A DNA stretch of 64,000 nt from Rhynchobatus australiae (GCA_034780895.1 JAUZTB010000076.1:42910639-42974638); one strand, 5' to 3'. Positions 37,565 to 50,484 are shown, numbered from the stretch's first letter. Made by a program: numbers and translations. Notes: generated from the letters alone by a model not told the origin.

Positions 37565-38630
37565 CTGCAAAAGTAACATCATTTTTTAATTAGGGTCTGT
37601 TCCTTCATATAATAGTTCTTAAAAGTTAAGAGAAAAACCTGCAGTAATGCGAAATGGAAATCGAAGGGAGAAAAAGCATAACAAATCTCCCATACCTTTC
37701 TATTTCAAACAGCTATTTGGTTAGTGAAACAATTAAGGTTGCCTGCAAACAACCTCTGTTCAGTCACCTTATTGAATGCATTGACCTATTGACTATTGAC
37801 TTATTGACCTTATCACCCATTGACTGCAGGAAGGTGAGGGTTTGCATTTCCTGCAACATGTTGCAAGGGAGAGCAGAGATATGGGAAATTTTTCAGGAGG
37901 TTTATAACCTTTGATTTATTTTTCCCACTGGCCATTCACCCATTCATGGCCGTACTTGCCACCTCCACCACTCCTTCACCTTGATTCCCACTAAATCGTC
38001 CTTGGCTATTGCCACCTTCAAATGAAAGGGAAGTGGGTCCTGAATATACAGCAGAATTTAAAGAATGTAATAATCACTTCCTGAGCTACCTTGTGAAAGG
38101 TGGCAGGAGGCTGTGGGATTAATGATGCAGATTCTGAGGACTTCCTGTGGAAGGAGACATCTTTTCCTTTATTCAGGCATTTAAAAACTCAGTCTGTTAG
38201 CCTGGTTCTGTACCTTGGTCAACAATGTCCCCAGATCTTGTATTGTAAGATTGTTCTTTCCTTGTCAATAATGAGCTGCTCAAACTGGGCTCATTCCGAG
38301 CTACTGGGAATGGAAATCTCACTGGATGTCTGCCATGCATGGATAACACATCACAACCAAGCAATGCAAAGAGAACTTCTAACTGAGCAGTCTTAATTTA
38401 GTGACTTGATGGGGGGGGGGGGGGGGTAGAAAATTAAAAAAAAAAATAAAAANNNNNNNNNNCCCCCCCCCCCCCCCCCCCCCCCCCCAAGAAAATTAAA
38501 ACAAATAAGAACATCAAGGAGTAGCTGCAACTTGCTTTAGTGTAAAACTGATTTTACATTTTGCAGATTTCGTGCATTGAATCTATTTGCATAAAATGAG
38601 CACATAATGAAATTTTAAAGCAGTTCTTAC

Positions 38631-38864
38631 GTTTGCACTTTTCTGATGGATTATAGGCAAGTGCGTTTCCATAAAATCCAGGTTTGCACGTCTCGCAGTG
38701 ATGTCCTGCAGTATTGTAGAGGCAGTTCTGACATTCACCTGTCCACTGATCACATTTCCCAACTGAATTGGGATCCACATTATTGTTGCATGCACAAGGT
38801 TGGCAGGATCTGCCTGCCTGAGGACTCCCAAAGTATCCTTCTTCACACATTTCACATCGTTTAC
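38631..38864 (-). CDS. LAMC2: laminin gamma-2 exon 11 (LE with nidogen-loop homolog), 234 nt
   Basis: cctAG / GTAAG; GKRCEMCEEGYFGSPQAGRSCQPCACNNNVDPNSVGKCDQWTGECQNCLYNTAGHHCETCKPGFYGNALAYNPSEKCK. Confidence 0.94.
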
Positions 38865-39289
38865 CTAGGGAATTGGTGCAGTAAGGTCAAGGAATGAAAA
38901 TTGTATGCATTTGAATCTCAAAGTTTAGTGTTAACTAAACACTAATCAGTCTTGGCCTCAGCAAGCAATTACTGCAAGATCCATCTGTATACTTTTCAGA
39001 GATGTATTGGTGTCATGTTAAATTATCAAAGCAGGAGGGGTTAATCCTTTGGCAATCCGAATAATAAGCTATGAATGGGAAAGAGTTTAGCTCATCACAA
39101 CTCTCTGTAAAGTCAGTGAATAGGAAAGGATTTGCTTCATTGTAATTCTCTCTAATGGTGGTAAATCAGGAAGTATTTGGTTTGTTGGAACACTGAATTA
39201 ATGATGTAATGATTGACTGAGTGTAATAACAATGAGATCTGGTGGATTCAGGTACATAAAACTGAGCTGCAATAATAACTAGCATCTCC

Positions 39290-40200
39290 AACATAGCAAT
39301 AATGTCTCAGGAACACCTGACAGGTGTGATAGCAAAACAAAAATATTAATTACACACCACTTAAAGAGAAATTAAAGTAGCAGTTCAAAAGCGTGTTCAA
39401 AAAAAGTTTGTAAAGAGCATTTCAAGGAGCAAAATGCAGATTTTTGGGAGGGAGTTAAAGAACCTAGGTCCTTCTAATTGCACGATAAAGTTTCTAGTAG
39501 TGGAGGGATTAAATTTGGGGATGTACAAGAAGACAGAAGTAAAGGAACACATGAGGTTACACTTACAAAGAGAGTGAAACTCTGGACAGAATTGAAGACG
39601 GGATGAGAATTGTTTAACCAGAGAATGATTAGAGTAGCATGCATGAGCATGTTGGGTCAATGGGACAGTACTAGTTAGGACATGGCCAACCAGAAGAACA
39701 GAATGAGACTGAGCAGCCTAGAGCGTGTTGCCGTATTTAAGTCAAGACTTAAGGTTACGGATACAGTTTCAGCAGCAGATTTGGCGCTATATCTGGCACA
39801 AAGGTTAGTAAGCAGCAGGTTCAACATGTCAAGGAAATGGGTAAAGTCAGGGGTCCATCACCAAAATTTGTGATGGGAGCCAAAGCTAATGGATTTAGTT
39901 TCCCAAATACTTAGTTGAAGGAAATCTCTGCACATCCAATCCCAGATGTTAGTCAGTTTGACAAGTTAGAGGTGAGGAGGTAAAGCCTTTAGTTTCCACA
40001 TAGGTTGATGATAATGTTGAGGGACCCATCATTTCATCACTGGGAACACCACAGTGAACAATGATTCTCAGACTACAACTGGATAGATGAGGGTAGAACA
40101 AGAGGAATGTGTTCCCAGCCAAGCTGAGTGATGGTGGGAAGTGTTGGAGGAGAATGGTGTGGTCAAGCATGTCAAGGGCTGCAGATTGGTTGAGGTTGAC
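39290..40200 (-). mobile_element. L2-like LINE fragment, decayed
   Basis: Minus-strand remnants LNQSAALDMLDHTILL and CGVP.. resemble the L2 RT motifs LDLSAAFDTVDH and GVPQGS. Confidence 0.5.
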
Positions 40201-40209
40201 AGCACTAAT

Positions 40210-40420
40210 TGAAAAGCAAAAAAACTGCAGATGCTGGAAATTTGAAACAAAAATAATATTTGCAAACACTCAGCAAACCAGGCACCATCTGACAACAGAA
40301 ACAGAATTAATTTTCCAAGCTGGTGACCATTCTGATAAAAGATAATTGACCTTGAATCTTAACTGTTTCTCTCTCCGCAGATGCTGCCTGATTAAGTATT
40401 TCTAACATTTTCTGTCTAAA
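40210..40420. mobile_element. Short Penelope-derived element with inverted arms
   Basis: actgcagatgctggaaatttgaaac... and ...ctctctccgcagatgctgcctga; degenerate ctgataaaag..gaccttgaatcttaac core. Confidence 0.55.
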
Positions 40421-40589
40421 TTTATGCTGCTGTGCCTGATGAATAACATGCTTTAGCCCCAGAAAAACAGGTACAATAGCAGTTATAAATGAAGCATTGC
40501 ACAGGTTAATTCACTTCTGAATGAGGTGAAATACAAATAAGTGTAATTTGCTGTGCAGCAGGGTATCTTCCAAATTGGGTTTGGTCTCA

Positions 40590-41470
40590 ATTCTTCTTCA
40601 TCACAGATGGTCCTTCAGGATTGAGGTTGGATGAGTTCTGAGATAAATGAGGGGATCCACGGACTCTGCCACAGATGGAGCAGAGGTGCTTGATGGGGCA
40701 GATGATGGAGATGCTGTGTACCTTCTGCCATTTTCACTCTGCCTTTGTGTAGTTCCAATGAAGAAACCAGGTTCTCTGCATGCTGACCATTTTGAGTGCT
40801 CGGGTCAGGAATCAGTGAGGATGTCAGAATTTTTTCGGAGAATATACATGTATTGTTTTCCTGAATTTTTTGCCATGAAGGAGCTCTGAATACAGTGTCT
40901 GTTTTGGGAGTCTGGTGTCAGGTATACAAATGATGTGGCCTACCCAACATGGCCAAATGAGAGTAATTGGAGCCCCAGTGCTGGGGGTGTTAAACACTAA
41001 TGGTTTTGCTTATCCTGCCAGTAGATTTGGAAAATATTGTGAAGAGATCATTGGCAGTATCTCTGCAGTGCTTTGACATGTTATGTCTCTGGACAGCAGG
41101 AACTCTGTCTGGTAGACCATAAGTTTCATGCCAGGTTTGATATCATGATCTTCTAACACATGTTTATTCAAACAGCCATAAACCATGTTGGTTCACTGAT
41201 TTGGTGGTACATTTCATCACTGATGCCCGCCTTTGCTGATAGATATAAAAAGTGTCCCTTGTTTCCCAGTGTCTTGTTCTGGACCTGTATTGTGGTACAT
41301 CTGGAGCTGGTTTGTACCTTNNNNNNNNNNNNNNNNNNNNNNNGACAGGTAGAGGACCTTTCTTTTGTGGATGTTTAGTCCAAGGCCCAAGTTGGACAAG
41401 TCAACAATGACTTAGAGCTGCGACTTTGAAAATATCCTGATGAACGTCTGGGAAAGTTTGCATTTGGAAG
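40590..41470 (-). mobile_element. RTE-like LINE fragment, decayed
   Basis: Minus-strand MSNLGLGLNIHKRKVLY (similar to GL.IN..KTKV) and patchy similarity to 10690-11170. Confidence 0.45.
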
Positions 41471-41718
41471 ATGTTATGAAAACCTGACATAATGGGTACA
41501 TTTTCTTAAGGTGTTCTCATACAGTACAAGCTGGATAATGTTAGATGGCTGTGCTGTTAATGTTAAATGTATAGCACCATTTCGGTTCTGACCTGAAATG
41601 TACCGTATATAGCAGCGAACTTCCTTTGTCTGAAGTACCTTTTCTGGAGGTGCTTCTTTCCTGTGCTTTTTTTTAAACCTCTTTAACACATTTAAAGTTG
41701 ATTGTACTCAACACCTAC

Positions 41719-41889
41719 CCATTGTTTTTGCGGGACAGCCTACACATATAACCTCTCTTGTATCTGGTGCCACAGTGCAACCTATACCACCAGGGCAAGG
41801 GCATATCCTGCACCCACTTGGTTCAGAAGGATCAAGGTAGTAACCATGTGGGCAATGGGTTCTTGATTGATCACTGGTGTAACAGGAAC
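41719..41889 (-). CDS. LAMC2: laminin gamma-2 exon 10 (reduced LE + LE), 171 nt
   Basis: tccAG / GTAGG; GSCYTSDQSRTHCPHGYYLDPSEPSGCRICPCPGGIGCTVAPDTREVICVGCPAKTM. Confidence 0.93.
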
Positions 41890-43215
41890 CTGGAAGGCAA
41901 CAAGAAAGAGCATTCATGAATTTGTTGACTGGAAAAATGGGAGTTTTCACCTTATTCAACGTATACTGAACAATTCCTTTTTAAGGCAGTCATTTTGACA
42001 CCAAGGCAGCTACCTTCTCTTGTTGTCATCTACTCCTATGTTCATTATTTGTGTTAAATATTTAGTTACTTTCACCCAGTCTTTAATCGGCCCAAGTCCC
42101 CATTTATTCCAGCTAAAATTTAGATATTGGAGCTTTTCTTGGTAACTCAGTTTCATAAGGGCTGGAGTTGTCTTGGATGGAACCTTCCGATCCTTTTTCT
42201 GATTGGGTGACAAGGGCATTGATCTTAATATTAAAAGAGCAGTATAGCTTATTGATAAATATCCCATGGAATCGCACTTAGTACTACCTCACATTTGGAA
42301 AGCCTGTCAGAAAATGTTTTCAGTTTTTCATTCATCATGAATATCTAAGTTACTCCTATTATGAATTTTTATGTAATTTAAGATTAAATNNNNNNNNNNN
42401 NNNCGATCCTCCGAATTAAAAAGTTAATGAAGGGGGATCTACCTCATGTGAAAATATTGGATAAATGGACTCTCTAACCACTTCCGTAGGTTAGTTTCTT
42501 ATGTTGAACTATTAACCCTGAAATATAATAATAATATCAGAAATACCAAAAGGGGATGTTGAATCCAAGATTGTAAAGAAACTGGAATTATGATCTGCAG
42601 ATGAAGTGTTAAATCAGAGATGTTTCAGTGGTTTATTTTCAAAACCTAAAAATGAGGCTTTACTGAATGGAGAGAACAGAATTATAGCCTTGTCATTCTC
42701 AGCTCACAGAGCACATCTTCCCAGTGCTAGACTCAGCTGTTACTGATATTTAATGTTTCTCAATTATTCTATTGACATCCCTGACAATTTGACAAATGGA
42801 AATAAAAGCAAAATGACATCAAACATCATGGAATATTGATAGTGCATTTAAAAAGTGTACAATGCTTCTTAAAAGATGTTAGTTAAACTTTAGATTTACT
42901 TAATATCTACTGTTTTATAAATGCAATCTTTGTAAAAATAAAATCCTAAAGCAAGAAGATTAAGACATTAACACATTCAAAATTGATGATGGAGCTGAAT
43001 TTCAGAAGTGGAGGTCAGCACACAGTGGGTGTTTTTTGTGTGTGCTTAGCACAAGCAACCGAGCATGCAATTCCATCCTCCAACATTCCATAGAAATTTC
43101 TCACTCGGCACCCTATTTTCACAAAGAGTCCCACAAATGTTTATTAAGAGGTGAGACGTCGATCACAGTCTACCATTCCGAACTCTAATCCAAGCCAGCC
43201 TATCAGCAGACTCAC

Positions 43216-43437
43216 CAGTTTCGGGGTCACAGGTCTCACTGGGGCTTTGACAGTTGCATGGCACACACCGGCTGAAATGTCTGAGATGACGGCTTTCCCT
43301 TGTGTAACCTCTTGCACATTTCTCGCAGAATCGCCCCTCGTGAACTGTTGGGCACTTGCACTTCTCTACCCATTGCGCAGGTTTTCCAGTGCCAGGCCGG
43401 GCTGTGTGCAGGACCACATTATCAATGTGTCCAGGAT
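43216..43437 (-). CDS. LAMC2: laminin gamma-2 exon 9 (L4 end / LE), 222 nt
   Basis: ttcAG / GTGAG; PGHIDNVVLHTARPGTGKPAQWVEKCKCPTVHEGRFCEKCARGYTRESRHLRHFSRCVPCNCQSPSETCDPET. Confidence 0.93.
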
Positions 43438-44825
43438 CTGAAATACAAGCCATTTAGTTTACTCTCAGCGCCATATTGCTGAACTGCCGTCTGCTTTCAT
43501 AGTTTAATAACACTCAAAGTGCCATACTTTGTTAAGGCATCTGTTGACTGCTTGTGAGTGCATTCAGTCAGGCTGTTATCCTGCTCTAATGCTGTTACTG
43601 GGTAACCTAAAGTAGTGCATCTAAAATGACCTCCTGCAATCAACATTACAGCGTAGATATTAGGGATGCAAAGAATAGGATCAGCTGAACCAACCCTGAT
43701 GTTCTACTCCCTAATCACTTGGTTCCTAATCTTGGATCTAAAGTGCAATTCACCTACACAACATGCACATTTATTTTCAACTTTATTTTCGATAATCAAT
43801 ATTTTTATAATCCATATTTTCAACTTCCAGAGACCTGGCTTATGCCCAATCCTTGCCCAAGGCCAGAATAGAGGCTGGAGACCCAGCTTTGGCCATGGGT
43901 TTAGAAGCTCTGAAGCAGCATTGAAAGTCATCATCTGTCTTTCTACTGCCATCCACAACTAGCAGACAGAAAGCCTGTGACTGTGGATCTTAAGCAACTG
44001 ACAAAAGATGGAATCCAATATTTGTTAGACTCCTTCAGGGGTTCCCGAACCTTCCTCACGTCTACCAGACAGAGCAGAGCTGGATGAAGGGTCCAAGCCA
44101 TTCCCCTAAAGAAATGTCCATTAGCACTTCAGGGGGAAATGGAAGGACTCAAAGCAACCTAGCCTTTATGGGGGAAGTATGCAGATCAGCATAAAGATGG
44201 AGAGGGTCCATTATCGTAGCTTGCTCTTTGTCCCTGTGAATGCACTGCAGAGGAAAGCTAGGACCCACCAGGTACTGAACAGCAGGAATAGTTGGCTCAT
44301 TTTGCTTTCTTATGGTCTGGATCAAAGTAGGTCCCATTTGTGTTGAGAAATAAAATTTTATGTGGCCAGGAATTGCAGAAATCTAGTGTAAGGGTTCCTG
44401 GTCAGTAGAACCTGGCAGTGGACTTCCCAGCAAAGATATCAGAAGCAAAGGCACCACGTTTAGTTTAAGATTGCATTTTATCATTTTGCCACATTGCCAT
44501 TCCAGATTCCATTCATCTGCCAATGAAAGAAAAAGCTTTTCTTTGTTGCAAATGTTGGCAAGTGCAACTTGCGCACAAATTCCAATCTCTATTGATTGCT
44601 GAGCTGTGCAATAAATAAACTGGAAAACAGGAAAAAGGGAAAACAGGAAAAAGAGAACCGAATTATATATGGGAGAGAAAAAAAAAAGTGTTGGCAAGTG
44701 ACTTTTCCATTTTTGTTGAAGGGACATTGACTAAGAATATTAATTCTATTTTCCTCTCTACAGATGCTGTTTGGCCTGTATCCTCAGTTTTTATTTCATA
44801 TTTGTAGCATCTGCAGCCTTTTACT

Positions 44826-45140
44826 TGTGGCACAGACAGTGGAGCTACCGCCTCACAGCTTCAGTCCTGACCTCTGGTGCCGCCTGTGTGGAGTCCGCAT
44901 GGTTTCTCCACGTCCACTTGGGTTTTCTCCTGGTGCTCTTGTTCCCTCCCACATCCCAAGAACGTGTGGATCGGTAGGTTAATTGGCCATCACAAATTGC
45001 CCCTGGTGTGTAAGTGAGTGGCAGAATCTGGGAGTAGTTGAGTTGAAGGTCGGAAGGAATAAAGTAAGGTTGGTATAAATGTGTGCTTGGCAGCTGTTGT
45101 AGCACAGCAGGCCTGTTTCAATGCTACAGGATTCTATGGC
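44826..45140 (+). mobile_element. tRNA-derived V-domain SINE (HE1-like)
   Basis: gcctcacagc..gtgtggagtccgcatggtttctccacgtccacttgggttttctcctggtgctcttgttccctcccacatcccaa..ggttaattggcca; CR1-type tail. Confidence 0.75.
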
Positions 45141-45507
45141 TTTGAAATAACATTGGCTTGCTTTAACACCTTTTACTGTTCCAATAATCCTTGATGCCTG
45201 TTTGTAGTTAGTTAGTAGCTGAGAAACTAGCCACTGAATATAATCTCACTGGTCCAAGTATCTGCATGAGAACAGTTAGTTAGGACCATCTGCCTGGATA
45301 GAATAGTCCTTTTAGATGTGATTCTCTATCAATATGTTGACAGATGAACACTGATTGATGCCTCAAACATTTTTACATCTGCTTCATGTTATTCACATAA
45401 ATCTTGGTTCACATCTTTATTGTACTTTGGTTCCTCGATTTACTTCTCAATATTGTACTTCCTATGTTTAATTTACCCCAGCTCAAGTGAGCTTTTCAAG
45501 GACTTAC

Positions 45508-45620
45508 TCTGCCTGGTGTAAGTGCCACGGATTTTGATGGCCTTGAGATCACTGAGCACCCGCTGGAACTCAAATGAGGTTATAAATGGCTTCCATTCAT
45601 ACTCCAGACCTTCATGGAGT
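45508..45620 (-). CDS. LAMC2: laminin gamma-2 exon 8 (L4 domain), 113 nt
   Basis: ttgtAG / GTAAGT; LHEGLEYEWKPFITSFEFQRVLSDLKAIKIRGTYTRQ; absent from ORF track. Confidence 0.93.
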
Positions 45621-46061
45621 CTACAAAAACAAGAAGAGATTATTTAAGATATTCAAATATTCTTCTGCCATTGGTTAATAAACAAAAATACCACCAGCAA
45701 AACTTTACAATCTTTTAGGACAGTTGTGTGATAATATAAAATTTGTCAGACTCCTTTCAATAATCAATAAACAGTAAATAGTTTATTCTATCAATTTTTT
45801 AAACATTACAACAAAGTTAATTAACTAGCCATTGTAAAGTAAACCACTGGAAAAGCTACTTTCTTTTAACATACTGTGGACTCAATGTTAAATTGTTAAT
45901 CAGTCCCAATAAACCCTGTGCCTCATTTTCACAACAGGAGTATTCACTGTGAATTATAACCACTGCACTGATTTTACTCCGTCATGGTTGGATCAGAATT
46001 ATTCTGTAATTCATCAACTGAACTATTACATACTTGTTCTCCAAACATCTGCCGTATCTAC

Positions 46062-46251
46062 CTGTACTGGTATGTCTGTCTATTCGTGGATGGCATTGGG
46101 TTATTTTGCGCATTCACTTGCACACTTAGTGTCTGACTGGCTCCTTCCAGGACTAGGTCTTCCACTGATGGGTAGGCACCATCCCTTTCCAAGTAGAAGG
46201 TGAAGGAGAGGTTTTGCCCATAACTCAACACTTGATTTCCGAGGAACTTGG
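46062..46251 (-). CDS. LAMC2: laminin gamma-2 exon 7 (L4 domain), 190 nt
   Basis: tttAG / GTAGAT; AKFLGNQVLSYGQNLSFTFYLERDGAYPSVEDLVLEGASQTLSVQVNAQNNPMPSTNRQTYQYR, a typical laminin IV/L4 motif. Confidence 0.94.
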
Positions 46252-46684
46252 CTAAAGATGGAAAGAAGAAATAGAACATGAGTAATGACCTTTACATTCT
46301 GCATAATAGCAAGGTGAAACAGGCCCTAATACTAGTTTTATTTTTGGTTCATTGCTAGATAGTTTTAATAAATTCAGTTTCATCAATGTTTTCCTTGATC
46401 CAGGTAAAGGTGTTGAGTTGTAGCATTTATTGCAGAGCAGGAGGAACAGTAGGCAATCCCACACTTGATCTGCTTTCAATTACCAGCTGGTGTAGTCGAT
46501 GACTGGCCAGTGCACCGTTAGGGAACTGCTGTTTTTCCCTGTGAGCACCAAGGTGTAGCCTTTCAGAGGGAGACTAACTCCCACCTGATTGGTAAGGCCT
46601 GCAAAGCAAGGGCTCTTTCTCACCCTACTGTAAGTGGTTGACTCTGCCCTAGAACCTGGTGCTAAGGTGCATCAGCCTGCAGGT

Positions 46685-47450
46685 ACATAAGAAATAGGAT
46701 CAGGAGTAGTCCACTTGGCCACTCAGGTCTGCCCCACCATTCAATAAAATCATGTCTGCTCTGATCTTGGCAATTTCACGCTACTTGTGGCCCATGATTC
46801 CCCAGTAGTCCAATAATTTGTCTGTCTCTGTCTCGGATGCAGTCCGTAATTCTAGCTACAGCTTTCTGGGGTAGAGAATTACAGAGATTCATAATCCTCT
46901 GAGGAATTCCTCCTCCTCTGTCTTAAATGGGCAAACCCATATTCTGAAACTTTGTGCTACGTTTCCCCTCAGGGAAACATCCTTTCGGTGTCTATCCTGT
47001 CAAACAGCCTCAAATTTATACATTTCAGTAAAATCTTCTATATTTCTGAAATTTTTTTTTAAAAAGTGTAGGAATAACCCACTCAATCATTCCTCAAAAT
47101 AATTCCTTCATTCTAGGAATCAACCCAGTGTAGCTTCCCTGAAATGTTAGTATATCACTCCTTAATGAAGGAGACCAAAACTGTATGTGTGTTCTCACCA
47201 ATGCCCCATAGATTTGTAGCAAGACTTCTCCAAGGTTATGCTGCCTTCCCATGAAGGCCAGCATTCCATTTCCCTGTCTATCTACTTGCTGTAGCAGCAT
47301 GGTAACCTTCTAACAAGGCCACTGATGTCTCCGTGCAGCAGAATTCTGTAGTGTCCATCCACTGAAATGTTCTGTTCTGTTCCTGTCCAAGTAGATAACC
47401 TCTCTCTCCCTGTCTTGTATTCCATTTGCTAAACTTTTGCCCACTCATAA
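46685..47450 (-). mobile_element. CR1-clade LINE 3' fragment
   Basis: acataagaaataggatcaggagtag tail; minus strand GMLAFM..VLLQIYGALVRTH..QFWSP. Confidence 0.75.
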
Positions 47451-47664
47451 TTTGGAGGATTGATTTGGCAATTTGTTGTTGATTCAGCTGAAGTTGTATT
47501 CAGACTGACTTGGTTCTGCCTCTTTCCCCACCCCCCCCCCCAAGAACTTTGTGAGCAACTGAGAAATTATTGTGTAGATGTCACATCCACTCTGTGTTCC
47601 TCCTGACCCTGAAAGTGACATCTGTTCAGTTACCAAACCATCTTGAGTCATAAATCAGAAACAT

Positions 47665-49400
47665 GTAAGCCTCTTAATACAAGAGGTCTAGATGGGGCCG
47701 GATTTCTTCAGTGCATCCAAGAGGCGTTCTCAAAACAGTTTGTGGAGAATCCAACTAAAGGAGAGAACATACTGGACCTGGTTTTGGGAAATGAGCCAGG
47801 NNNNNNNNNNNNNNNNNNNNNNNNNNNNNNNNNNNNNNNNNNNNNNNNNNNNNNNNNNNNNNNNNNNNNNNNNNNNNNNNNNNNNNNNNNNNNNNNNNNN
47901 TACTGAGGAGAAGGATTTGGAGGATAGTGAAGGCAGAGTGGGGCATGCTAATGTGCTGGGTCATTTTGAGACTGAGGAGGAGGTAGTGCTGGGTCTTCTG
48001 AATAGCATTGAGGTGGATAAATCCCCAGGCCCTGATAGCACATATCCCAGAATACTGAAAGAAGCAAGTGAGGAGATTGCTGGGGCTTCGACAAAAACCT
48101 TTGTGTCCTCACCTGCAACAGGTGAGGTCCCAGAGGAATGGAGAGTAGCAAATGTTCTGCCTTTGATCAAGAAAGGAAATGGGGATAATCCAGGTAATTA
48201 TAGGCTAGTGAGCCTCCTGTCAGGGAGCTGTTGGAGAGGATACTGAGGGATAGGATTTGTGTGCATTTGGAAAGGCATGGCCAGCTTAGGGGCAGTCAGC
48301 ATGGCTTTGTGCGGGGCAGGTCATGCCTTGTAAACTTGAGTTTTCTGAGGAGGTGACAAAGGAATTTGAGGGTAAGGCAGTGGGTGTTATCAAATGCCTT
48401 GCTGAAGTCCATGTAGATAAGGTCCCTCATGGTAGGTTGATGCAGAAGATAAAGATGCATGAGATCCAGGATGAATAGCAAGTTTGGATTCAGAACTTGC
48501 TTGTCCATAGAGTAGGTGGAAGGGTGTTATTCTGGCTGGGGGTCCATGACCAGTGGTGTTCCATGAGGAACTATGCTGGAACCTCTGTAGTTTGTGATGT
48601 ATAGCAATGACTTGGAAGGAAATGTAGATGGTTAGATTAGCAAGTTTGCAGGTGACACCAAGACAGGTGGAGTTGTGGACAGTGTAAAGGACTATCAAAG
48701 GATACAGCAGGATATAAATCAGTTACAGATCAGGCAGAGAAGTGGCAGATGGAGTTAATCCAGGCAAGTGTAAGGGGTTGTACTTTGGGAGGTCAAATAA
48801 AATGAGAAAGTATACAGTTAATGGTAAGCTCCTTCATAGCATTGAGGTACAGAGGGATCTTGGGGTCCAGGTCCATAGTTCACTGAAAGTAGCTACACAA
48901 GTGGATAAGGGGTAAAGAAGGTGTATGGCACGCTTGCTTTCATTGGTAGGGGAGTTGAGTATAGCAGTATGGAAGTTGTGCTACAGCTGTGTATAAAACT
49001 TCAGTCAGACTGCACTTGGAGTATTGTGTGCCATTCTGGTCATCCCATTATGAGAAGGATGTGGAGAGGTGCAGAAGACGTTTACCAGGGGCTGCCTGGA
49101 TTAGCAGGTATGAGCTATAAGGAACGGTTGAACAAACCTGGGTTGTTCTCCCCAGAGCATCAGAGCCTGAGGGGCAAGTTTTTTTTTAATATACAGGGAG
49201 TGGTAGGTGCCGAGAATGGGTTACTACAGGTAGTAGTGGAAGCAGTTTGGTGGAGTTTGAGGAGTTTAGATGGACACCTGAATATGGAGGGATATGGATG
49301 ATACACAGGAGGAGGACATTTAGTACAAATTGGAAAATTTCAAGATCAGCACAACATTGTGGGCCAAGTGGCCTGTCCAGTAGTGTACTGTTCCATCTTC
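47665..49400 (+). mobile_element. CR1-clade LINE ORF2 (endonuclease end, RT, 3' end), disrupted
   Basis: QFVENPT..ENILDLVLGNE; DKSPGPD..YPRILKEA; VPEEWRVANV.PL.KKG..DNPGNYR.VSL; SKFAGDT; many frameshifts. Confidence 0.9.
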
Positions 49401-50484
49401 TAAGTAGAAGTCCAAGAGCTCAGCCCCTGCACTAATAAATTCCACACACATCACTCACTCTGGCCACATAGGTTTAATAGCAAATACAATTTAGAAGTTG
49501 CTGAGCTGGTACTGAAACTCCCCATTCTCCATGCTGGCCTGAAACAGCTGGGTGGTTAGTCTCCGAAACTTTGTCAAATAGGGTGAACTTTGCTACAAGC
49601 TTCCTGCTATCTCATTGACCCAGTATATCGTGCTGAGCAGCCCTTGGTTTAATTTGTTTGAATCTTTTAGGGATGACTGATTTACTTTTCATATAAAGTG
49701 GCATTTCTCAGGAGTTGTCAAAGCCCCTGCACTTCAGAAAGGCACAATATCTTGGCACTTGCTGGCCTCACCTTCTCCTGGCTCCCCAGGAACACCCATC
49801 TCATTGCTGAAGCCAGCAAGAGAGGAGGTGGGGAGCTTAGAAGGATGCAAGTATCTCTGTCATTTGTACCCAGCAAATCAGAAGCTAAGCACTCTGGTAA
49901 TGGTGCTCCCAGTCTGGGGAGCTGAGTGTCCTGCTGGATATGCCAGAAGTTCCTTAAGTTGCAGTGTAACTGCCAGTGCAGCTTTGATTGTAAGAGATTA
50001 AGTAACGTCAACATCAGATCACTTGCAAGTCAATATCGACTTAAGTTTCTAAGGTTTTCCAGATTGAAAATTGATTACTCCCTTTAGCGTAAAATCCCAT
50101 ATGAAGGTGTTTATCTTGAGCTAAGGATGTAAGAAACAAACCAGTTTCAGAAAAATTGTGTTGATTGTCATCGTCAAAATACTTCTAAACATTACTACTC
50201 TAGCAAAACTGACAATCCACACTGTGCCTGTATTGTAAAGTACTGAGCATTAAAGTCAAGGGTTTGCAATCCATTGGTGACTTTGTAAAATTGCAATTTG
50301 CTGGCTCTTGAAGAGAGCTCAAAATTAGAGTGTTCATGCTTGAATTGGAGATCACAAAGTACAATGATCAGAGCCATCTAAATGTTGAGATGTTGCATGC
50401 AATCTCAGATGGGCAGTTCACCATTGTATAAGTGAACCAGAATTAACAAATTACATGAAGTGCCCGTAATTGCTTTCATCTCAC

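Noticed and set aside
38411-38510. G16 and long C run forming an apparent inverted repeat or G-quadruplex
   Set aside because: The runs flank a small gap and are each followed by a duplicated agaaaattaaaa, consistent with homopolymer read-end artefacts.
47692-49301. ORFs with reverse-transcriptase-like peptides as an active gene
   Set aside because: Frameshifted, gap-containing CR1 LINE relic.
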